A stretch of DNA of 64,000 bases from Mizuhopecten yessoensis. Taxonomy: Eukaryota. Within the stretch, counting starts at the first letter, position 1. Every line of letters starts with the position of its first letter. The notes under the pieces are model-generated. The model searched no databases and was not told where the DNA came from. It saw only the letters and a program-made list of their open reading frames with translations. Made by a program: the position numbers and the translations under genes. Location of the stretch: NCBI RefSeq assembly GCF_002113885.1, contig NW_018480048.1:303779-367778 (forward strand). Reading direction: 5' to 3'. Below, in pieces: positions 1 to 10,300 of this stretch.

Positions 1-235
1 ACATTGGAAATGACTGTTTGGAGAGCTGCAAACACACAACACACACACATTGGAAATGACTGTTTGGAGAGCTGCAAACACAAAACACACACACATTGGA
101 AACGACTGTTTGGAGAGCTGCAAACACAACACATACACATTGGAAACGACTGTTTGGAGAGCTGCAAACACACAACACACACACATTGGAAATGACTGTA
201 TAGAGAGCTGCAAACACACAACACATACACACATC
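1..235 (-). repeat. 44-46-bp minisatellite made of the PRIM2 exon-8 splice acceptor plus the first ~25 coding nt
   Basis: Five units start at 1, 47, 93, 137 and 183. Minus-strand unit: GTGTGTGTTGTGTGTTTGCAG|CTCTCCAAACAGTCATTTCCAATGT (LSKQSFPM). Confidence 0.9.
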
Positions 236-3200
236 AGTTTGTAGTTTAACAGTTCCCTGTAGTATTGTCAGTTAAACAAAATTGCACGGGAATAATCTCA
301 GGAAACTACAATAACTATCACCAAAAGGTACCGATAAATCTATTAAACCATAATTTATGAACTCATAAAACATTTAAAAGAAACTATTTATCCAATATGG
401 TAAATTCTTCATGCAGTTAAATCAATGGCTACCCCAGGCTCTTATTTTGAGATATTGACAGCAGATCATCTGATCAGGTCATCTGCGACCTTGACCTCTG
501 AACTTACCATCTCCACCATATCTGCTGTGATTTGGCCCACATTGGTCTTTTTTGAGGTGTAATCCTTCCCGACATAGCGCTTACTTAGTCCACACACCAT
601 TGGTAGTAGTCTGTCATCCTCCTCCAGGTGAGGCAGGGCTCGACAGGTCACCTGATCAAATATACATGTATGTTTTTAAAATGTACAAAACCGGTAGGAT
701 CTATGTAAAAGGACCAAGTCTTGAAAATGTCTGTCTGTAAGACACAAATGCCTCCTTGGTCATGCAAAAAATCAGTTTAACCGGTTGAAAATTTTATACC
801 AACAGTAATATTGACTTTGACCTGGTTGACCTTGGGTCCCTAGAATACAAACACATCTAATAGATATTCTCATACTTGACCTTTGTATAAACTTTCATGA
901 AAATATGTAAATAAAACAAATGCAATGTGACAGGGTGGACATAGGTATTACAATATACTCCCCCCACCCCACAATAAAATGGCAGGGCATAAAGATTACT
1001 GTCACTTCTGTGTGTATTACAATACTCAAGTAATTATTTTGACACCTTATATTATATCAAAATAATAAATGATTTGAAACCTTTTTAACAAATTGTTAAT
1101 TTCAAGAAATTTCACAACACTCACAGCTAAAGAATGGGACAGGTGTGCCCGGTAGTGAGTTAAGAGGATTGATATCATGTCTTCTCGTGGCACATACGCA
1201 AATCCATCACTCAGAAACACCTTTCTCTTGCTGATCAAATCAAGCACCTCCACAAATGGAACCTGAAACGATGACCATTACATTTATATAAACCTGAAAG
1301 ATATGTTAATTCAGAGTTTGGAGTTGTCAGAATTTCTCAAAAGAAACCTGAAAAGCACACCTTGTATTTTTCTCTCTCTTACCTTTGATATATCATTTCA
1401 AATAAGCAGGTTTGAATGTACACATGCTGATAATATGTATTAAAAGAGGTCCAATGGGCCTAATAGTTCACCTCCTTTTCCCCATTTTAATTATGTTAAA
1501 TACTTATATGATAGTTCCATTGAGCAGGTGAGCTCAAAAAACACAGCAAAATACTTGTCTGCTTCCGTTTGTTTTTGTAAAAATGAATTGTGAAATAGTA
1601 ATTGTATATTTTTCTACATATACACATTTTCCAAATACTTTTGTGTACAGGTGTCAAGGATCATCAAGGATGTTCTTCAAATTCTATTATCAAACATACC
1701 AGAAAATATTCTTGTGTATGAGTATGTATCCAGGAGGTATTTCTATATAAACCATGCACCCTGTTAAACATTCCTGTGTGAGTGACCCACTGTTAATTTT
1801 CCATACAAAGAACCAAACAATCTTGAAATACTATTGTCTGTGTGTATGTCCATATACTTGTAACTATACACACACCTTGAAATACTCCTGCGTGTGTGCC
1901 TGTGATGTATTCCTTCCAGATGCTGCTATTAACTCTGGAGTTATGTCCCTTTTGTCATCCTCGGAAATCTGTAAAATATGTCTCGCATACATTATTTATA
2001 ACTTACATGTGATACGAAATGTAACTAGAACTGAGATCTTTTTCAGTGAATATAGACCTTTTCTTCCCATTTTATCAAATATGCACGTATGCTTTTCACT
2101 TGTTTCTTATATTTGACCAAGAGATTAAGGTCACAATGATTTGAAGACACTGCAATGCACACCTTCTGATGGCCACAGATATACCTCATAGAGCTATCTT
2201 CAGGGTTAACAGTTCTAAAGTTTCATCAAAATACTGTGTGCCAGATACACTACCACCTTGTGTTCAATGAAATTTTAGCAGTACAGTGAGTTTAGAGGAA
2301 CATCAAATTATTCTTGTTGAATGACAAATGTTCTCAATAATTAAAAGAAATATTGCCAATTTCACAATATATATATATCGTTTCCAACGATGGTCAATAT
2401 ATACAGCTAATTAATTCTATTCTGTTGCCCTGTTTGGATGAATCACTTCTGTTGGTGGAATTACCCTAATTGTAAATATTTTTGGACTTTGAATTCCTTC
2501 CAAGGTTCCAAATCCTATTTATAAGGGTTTAAATCAATGAAAATATTGGTTCTGGTCATTTTGTGCAAATTTATAAATATGTTAGAATGCAGAGTACATG
2601 TTAGAATGCAGAGTATATCCTGAAAAATTTTGGTGACAGATCCTTCAAAAGAATTGTTAATTTTGTCCAAAAGTGAAGCATCACTTTTTAGAAATTATAT
2701 AATCATGAAAACCAGAAAAGGAGAGCTCTTTTGTCTCCATAAATATAAACAGGTCAACCTCATATCCTTTAATCATTGATCCATGGTTTTTTAAATTCCT
2801 TGAATTCTGTCTAGGTTTATTTACATCAAAAGAGAACAGAGACAAAGAAGGAAGACCTACTGGGCTGTAGTTGAGGTTGTTTTCCCTGAGGAAGTCCTGT
2901 CTGCTTTCTGGTGACTCCCTCTGGAACCTCAGTCTCAATAACTCTAACTCCTGCTGCAGAAACCATCTTCTCAACTCCTCCCTTAAAACAAAATCATTTC
3001 AATATAATGATACTAAAATCACAAATTGATCCTATCAAGTCATTTTTACCATTTACTTAGTGATTTTTCTAGCACTGAAAATAATAACCAGTACTGTTTC
3101 AAACTGGAATTATATTTTGAAGACATGAACATTTTAAAGTTTTGTCCAATGGTACTTTTTCATAATGACTAATTATATCACAATCAAACCTCATGTTGAA

Positions 3201-6200
3201 GGGACATTGTTGTAAGATATTTTGTCACATTTTCTTTATGAACAGAATTTATGGCACGAATAGAAAGAAATAAGTGTTTCATAGGGAACAGATAAAATGA
3301 AATCCTGATTGATGAATGAAATGCCAGAGGTTATGAATGACTAAATTGACTAAATGCAGCACACCAGCATATATAACTGAATATTTTCACTATTCTTTGA
3401 TAGTGAGTCGGGGCTTTCAGTTGTTTCTTGATCATTTAGCAATTTCAGTAAAGCCAAAACAGTTTGCCTGTAATCTGGAGGGTCAAAACTTATTTTAGGG
3501 AAGTCAATGGTCTCATGAGTTTAGGACTTGTTCTGACCACTTACGATCTGCAATAAGCCAATCTTAGTTTAGGACTTGTTCTGACCACTTACGATCTACA
3601 ATAAGCCAATCTTAGAATGAAGTGTGAAATATGGTCGAGTCTCTGCAGGAATTCATCATCTCTTCTGTCAGTCTGAAACACAGTTATTTATTAACATTTA
3701 CAGTAAAATAATTAAATGATATAACTAAAAGACAACATGTCAGTCAGAGTAATAATTTTCCTACCATCAAACTGCCATCCCCAGATTCAATCAATATTTG
3801 AAATACAATATGTGTATATGTAATACCTATTGAAAATGAACAAAAATGTTTTCTGCATCACATTGTAGATGTTCAATTTGGGTCTCACTGCATTAATGTT
3901 AGACCTCAAATAAACATCCATGTAAAAATAGTACTGTTGCTAGTACTATGTACTTGTGTTGATTTAATGGAAAGCCTTCTCATAACTTACCAAGTACTCA
4001 AAAACCTTTAACCTGTCCAAGGCTTACACAGGTTGTATATATATTGTATAGCATAAACTCTGCTCTTTAAACAGGAGATTTAAAGATATTACCATAATTA
4101 AGGCATTTTTTTCTGATTTTCCTTAGAAGTTTTATAGCAAGAAAACATTGATTATCTTTTTATACATTTACAGGAAGATGTTTTGATATTTATTGCCAAT
4201 ATTTTGAATATGGGTGGCTATGACGGCCATTTAACATATACACTAAAATAAAAGATTTTGCAATCTGCATTACATCAAATATATTTGGATAGTGCTTGAA
4301 AGCAATTACCAGTATACATGACATCTATTGAAACAAGGCCTAATGAGCGTATCAAATAAATACTGTTATGTGAAGCGATCATGATGCAATTAATATATCT
4401 ACATTTGATATACAGTCGTAAAATGTTCATCTCATGCCTACCAATGCTTACCCTGAGAATAGGACCAAACTTAGTTTTCTTTATTTCTTTTTCCACCAAC
4501 TCATTATATTTATCGGAACCTCGAACATGCCGAACACCTGCTGTATCCAGAGCTTTTAGTACTGAAACAAACAAAATTGTATATTGTACATATATTGTTT
4601 ATGGGCGGATTGGTCGAGTGGTTAACACTCCGGCCTTCCAAGCAGGCGTCCGGGGTTTGATTCCCGAAGTGGCTGTACGCATGGAATATTAGAGAAAGTG
4701 TTTTTCTCCTGCCCACACAACTCCAACAACCCAGGTGTAGTATAAAATGGTCTGGGGTGGGTGTTGCGGTATCTGTGCTGTAGCATTCAAGTGAGGTGGC
4801 ACTATAAATGATACCGTTGGAAGCACGGTCCCACTACAAACAGAACACAATACATCTCCAGCATACACACATAGGGAGATATTAGCCAAGTGGCATAGGA
4901 CTAGTAGTTAGCGCCTGATAAGGAAGCTCCTGCGAATTTCTCAATATTGTATTGATTAATATATATATGCTAATTGTATTGACTGTATAAAATTGTATAC
5001 CTATGTACTGTAAATTGCTTTAGAGTGGCTTATGTTAGCTAGATAGGGCGCTATATCAAATGGTGTATATTATTTTATTATCTAAAATTGTATATGAGCG
5101 GTTTTTTTTTAATTTTCATTTATTATAATCTGCTCCTGAACTCAGGTCCAGGATTTTACCAATCTTAAATAAATTTACAAAACTTATCAAACATCATGTT
5201 TCACTTATTCATTTTGGCTGACGTCAACATTTTTATTTTAAATATGTGTTTTTAATCTTATATAATTAGAGCTCAACAAAACCAAATCGAAGCAAAACCA
5301 GTCAATTCAAAGAGAAAGCATATAATTTTGGAACCACATGTGGCACCTGTCATAAAAGACTTGTAATATGAGTTAACCCTTTCACCCCTATGTAACTTTA
5401 GTAGACTCTACCATGCATTGATCTGGGTGAGTCCATTATGGTCTACAGAGGTGAAAGGGTTAATAAGACTTTTATAAACATCTCACAAAAATTGTACATC
5501 ACCTTAGTAATTAGTTTATACATGTATGTAACTGACCTAAACACAAGCAGTTGACCATAATAACAGGTCAAGAATGTTGTATGTAGTACTTGTAGAGATG
5601 GATTCTTGGAGAAACATGGGCCAAGTCATTCATTTTTTTTTGTGTATTTTTCAAGTCATAACCAATAAATTAATTAAAATTTGCATTTAGCAGATATTTT
5701 AGCAGAGTAAGATTACATGAAAAACAACAAGTTTTCACTTTGTATATTGATCAAATTAATAATGGTTGAAAATGCTGGTAAACGAGTGTAGTTACAGTAC
5801 TTAGTCCATAACTGATCAAAAACTTAACCAACTGCATATCAGGGATAACAGTGATGCCAAGCACCACTTCAGTCAATTAGTGGGACATAAAACAACTTAT
5901 TTCACTCGCCCCTGTAGTCAAAGGTTGCCATTTTGACCTTGGTTTTAATCCTATTTATGGGTCCCTTGGCAAAATGATTTGTCAGACAAAAATGCCGTTT
6001 CATTTTGGTTGTTTGCTATGAAATAATATGGACAGACCTACACCAGTTATGTACATGCAGCAGATGAAAAAAAAAAAAAAATCCTATATATTCCAGCTGT
6101 CACCAAGAGTCGAAACATTTGAATCCTGATTGGATAAACACTGGGGACAACATGAATGCTTTTTTAACCACGAGGAAGATCACAGTGAACTTATTCATAT

Positions 6201-7179
6201 TCAGGACATCATCATATAAACTGATGTCAAACTTTGTGATCTGGATGTATAGGCATTATGCATATGCCTGCGTCAATTATTATTATTGATATTATACATA
6301 GCTTTGACGTTCCTTAGATGACGAGAAAAACTCAGCTGTACTTCTCTTTTCATCTGTTGACAGTAACATGGATGAAAATGTCTTGAAGAGTTTCCTAAAT
6401 ATAGTCAATGTATTCAGCACATGTTTAGGGCCGAATTAACTGTAAGAGTTGCGTAGATAACATTGGTACACCCAACATGTAGGTGTAAGATCTGGGGTAA
6501 TAATGTTTCGTTACTGCTAAAAAGTCAATTATTTTCATATTTAATATACTTTTCACTCTTGCAATTTTCGTCACTTGGACTGATGTTTCAACTTTTAAGT
6601 TTATTTGTTTTTGTGACCTACTGACTTTTTATTTTAAGATTCTTCAGCATTTTTCGTCTAAAAAAAAAGTAGCAAAACATTCTACACTTAGCACAGGAGT
6701 TTGACATTATATCAAATTAGTAAGATCTTAGTCTAGATAAAAAACAAAAAAAACATATGCTATCAAACGGTCTTTTTCTCCTAGATTAATATAAAATGTC
6801 AAAACCTACTCTTGGGTACCGAATCGTCTAGAATTTGGTGATCTGATATGGAGTCAGATCAGAGGCCAGAAAATACTTTTAAGACCTTAATTAACACTTA
6901 GAATTAGACATGTTAAACCACTAAAATAATGCATTTAAAAGAAGGCACCGATCATATAAATCGTAAACGAAAAATCAGCAAGATCAACAATCTACTGTTG
7001 AGAAGCTAACAATGTAATGAACCTTTCAATCTCTCCACAGCATATTCTTCGAACTCCTGTAAAGATATTGTATCAGTTGGTGGTGTGTGAAAAAACTGAA
7101 GCGGATGAGTATACTTCTGTTCAAGCTTTACACCCTTTCTTGTTCGTTTAGATCGGCTCTTTGGATCGACAATTTCCAT
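1..7179 (-). CDS. PRIM2: DNA primase large subunit (p58), 5' part; gene continues beyond the left edge
   Basis: Phase-consistent GT-AG exons (minus): 7179-7023, 4561-4452, 3672-3593, 2981-2861, 1968-1876, 1262-1125, 651-508, and probably 25-<1. Translation includes [67 protein letters not shown] and LSKQSFPM. These match recalled human PRIM2 motifs ([48 protein letters not shown]). Confidence 0.95.
3518..3615 (-). repeat. 48-bp tandem duplication spanning the PRIM2 exon-3 end and 5' splice site
   Basis: agtttaggacttgttctgaccacttacgatct(g/a)caataagccaatctt at 3518 and 3566, one mismatch. Confidence 0.95.
4603..5072 (+). mobile_element. tRNA-derived SINE (tRNA-Gly-like head, conserved core, LINE-like 3' tail)
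   Basis: A box tggtcgagtgg, anticodon arm gccTTCCAagc, B box ggtttgattcc. The body carries agtgaggtggcactataaa. The tail gtaaa..gctttagagtgg..gggcgctatatcaaat is also present inverted at ~11298-11545. Confidence 0.8.
5377..5459. mobile_element. 83-bp piggyBac-type MITE
   Basis: TTAA on both sides, TIR ccctttcacc...ggtgaaaggg. An inverted copy lies at 57052-57134. Confidence 0.8.
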
Positions 7180-7326
7180 CGCAGGTTATTTTGTTTTTCT
7201 CCTTCCCGCCAACGAAATGAACACAGAAAATCAGTCTCCTCCAAACGTTTTTTTTACCAAAGTCATGCAAATGCTATTTCAAGCTTTCTCTGCACCGAGG
7301 ATTTTCGCCAAATAAAAACAAAAAAG
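7180..7326. promoter_or_regulatory. Compact bidirectional promoter shared by PRIM2 and LMBRD1
   Basis: Only 147 bp separate the divergent ATGs (7179 minus, 7327 plus). E2F-like ttcccgccaa at ~7203 and ttttcgccaaa at ~7302. Confidence 0.75.
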
Positions 7327-10300
7327 ATGGCGATTCCCAGTTCTGTGCTCGCTGCTGGATGGATTCCATTCGTTGTTATCATGGTTGTAAGTACACTAGA
7401 TATTGTGCCGTGGACAGCATGATGCTAACTATGTTATTTGAAATGAATTCTCGAATTTCATGAGCTTGAAGACACTGAAGTGCGCATCCAGTAGCGATCA
7501 TGTGACATGACATCATTGAGTGTGACACAAACAAATGTAACAGGAAAGAGAATAGTGTGCTTCCATCGGGGATCGAACCCTCGATCTCCAGGTTCCTAGT
7601 CGGACGCTCTATCACTAAGCTAAAGGGAAATTCCCTCTAGCTCGAAGCTAGAAGGCGACCTTAATCCTATGTACAATTGAACCCTGCCACTACTATACTC
7701 CCCCCTTTTTAAATGTGTTCGCCCTCGAACACCACAACCCAGGTTCTAACTCTCTGTCACTACAGGGACGGCCACGGACACCATTTGTAACAGGAAAGAG
7801 AATAGTGTGCTTCCACCGGGGATCGAACCCTCGATCTCCAGGTTCCTAGTTGGACGCTCTACCACTAAGCTAAAGGGAAATTCCCTCTAGCTCGAAGCTA
7901 GAAGGCGACCTTAATCCTATGTACAATTGAACCCTGCCACACAAAAATAATTTCCTCGTCCGATCTCCCTTATACCTGAACCCCTGAAATTGTTAGTGGT
8001 ACTGATGACAGTTGTCTCTGAGCCCATTGGTGTGAGAAATAGACATTGGGCTATTCAAAAGAGGGATTAGTGGGAATATATGACTGTTATCAATGGGTTG
8101 AAATTTAGGGTGATATATTGTCTTTTAGGGGGCTTGTTGAACTTTACATTTACATTGGATACGTTATAGTTACCAATAATGGCGTGACACGACGGGAGAG
8201 AGAGAATATGTTACTTATCTTGGGTGTTTTTTTGAAAGGGCTGCATCTAAATCCCTCTACGCTTTTTGCGCACACTACTATATCATCCAGTTGGTTCCAC
8301 TCAAGCAGTGTTTTGATGCAGAAGGAGTTCTTGTATGCTTCCTGTTTGTGTCCTGGGATGATTAATGGCCTTGAGTTGTTGACAATGTTCCTGTTGCTGA
8401 TGTTTCATAGTTCTCATAACACTTTGTGTTTGTTTTTCGCGTCCTTCCAGAGTGCTGGATTATCTGATCTGGGGGTAGGGCTGGTATTAACCCCTCAACT
8501 ACTTTGTACATGAATACTAGTCGCTGTGATTTCCTTCTGTTTTGTAGGGTTGGCAGTTTTAGGTGTTGTAGCATTTCTGTGACATGTCCTTCATCCCGAC
8601 TTTTGTAATTTCCAGTAATTGGGCAAGTTGCTCTTCTTTGTAATCTCTCTAGTTTTTCAATGTCTGATTTTAGATGAGGGTCCCAAATAATACTGCCATA
8701 GTCCAGAATTGATCTAACAAGTGATATATATGCTGTTTTCTTACACTCTTTTGGGCAGTGTTTTAAATTTCTTCTCAGAAAGCCTAAAGTTGAGCTTGCT
8801 TTCCTCGCGATGTTGCTTATATGAGTACTCCATTTGAGGTCGTTTGATATCTGGAGTCCTACATGTAGGTATGGATTGTTTTGTACCTCTTCCAAAATGT
8901 GGTTATTCAGACTGTAGAATTTTGACGACTTTTCCTTAATTGACATGATGTAGCATTTTTTGGCATTAAATTTCATGCCCCATTTATCTGCCCATTCTTC
9001 AAGGTTTTGTAGGTCATTTTGGAGGATGTTATAGTCATTGAATGTTTTGATTTGTCGATACAAAAGGCAGTCGTCGGCGAAAAGGCGTACTTGTGATTTG
9101 ACTGAGTCTGGTAGGTCTTTTATGTGGCAGAGGAAAAGGAGTGGTCTAGTACCGTATCTTGAGGTACTCCGGAGGCGACGTGTTCCTCCTGGGACATTGT
9201 GCCTTTAAGTACAACCTTCATTTTCCTCTGTGTTAGGAATGACGTCAGCCAGTTGTGCACTTGTCCTCGCATGCTGTACTGCGCGACTTTATGCAAGAGA
9301 TTCTTGTATGGCATGGTGTCCAATGCTTTGGAAAAGTCTAGTATTGCTACATCCAACTGGTTCCCATTGAAGGGAACCACATATCCTGTGAATATTTATT
9401 AAAAACTATATCTTTACCATATACATGTAGACCACCTCAGGAAATTTATAATTTTTCCCCTCTCCTAAAATAATGGCCAATGTCCTGGCTGCTATATAAA
9501 GATCAACAGACTACAACAAGACAACAAATTCAGAACAAACGCTACTAAAACATAATTATGAATGCATCATTACATGATCAGCCAAAGCTGTTTTGATGAG
9601 AATATTTTGCTGCGACTGCTTGAATATCAAGGTGAACAATACAGGCCCTCCGGGCCTCATACACATACAACCTTATTTTTTTTATTTCCTTTCATATCAT
9701 GCATGCTTTCTTGTGCGCAATATAAAATAGGAAGTGACCATTAAAAACTGGAAAGATGTATCAAAACCGTTTCTGAACACAATTTAATTTAAAATCAATT
9801 ATTAACCTTTGTATTTGTGTATGTTATGAATACTTGTTAGTATAAATGACGTTATAAGTGTTTTTCTTATTGCAGTTGGTGTTGCTCTTTTCCACCATAT
9901 ATATAAAGTATTTCATGAGTAAACGGGACAGTACCATATCGAGTACTATATCAGCCATTGTTGCGTTAAGTGTGATCCTGTTGACAACTGCTCTCATTCC
10001 GGTCGATGTCTTCCTGGTGTCCTACATGAAGAACAGCAAGGGTCAATTCAAGGTCAGTGTGCTACGTACTTATTCCATGATTATTTCATACAAGAGGTAT
10101 AAATTTAATTTACAGTTTTCATAATTTTAACAAACTGATGGTAGGGTAGATTAGGGTATGTAGTGTCATTGTATTTGTTTGTAGCCGAACTGGACTGGGT
10201 CGATAGTCGGCGACCAGGGAGTTCAATTGGTAAGAGCGCCTGTCTAGAGTTCAGTAGGTCCTGAGTTCGAACCCCGGTCTGGCCATTGCATTCTCGTGAT

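Noticed and set aside
4-244. Plus-strand repetitive ORFs (63-64 aa), and a superficially CRISPR-like repeat
   Set aside because: By-products of the minisatellite. There are no unique spacers, the context is eukaryotic, and the meaningful reading is on the minus strand.
1260-1355. Three aacctgaaa motifs (tttcag|GTT on minus) at the PRIM2 exon-6 acceptor
   Set aside because: Only 9 bp shared; may be another junction echo but cannot be distinguished from chance.
4603-4675. tRNA-Gly(TCC) gene
   Set aside because: The acceptor stem does not pair and the sequence continues into a SINE body and tail.
7087-7422. 111-aa plus-strand ORF as a long LMBRD1 N-terminus
   Set aside because: It starts at a non-ATG codon inside the antisense of PRIM2 exon 1; the ATG at 7327 matches orthologue length and has good context.
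7555-7630. tRNA genes at 7555-7630, 7805-7880, 10210-10285 and 47245-47570
   Set aside because: Imperfect cloverleaves embedded in LTRs with TSDs; mobile-element cassettes rather than tRNA genes.
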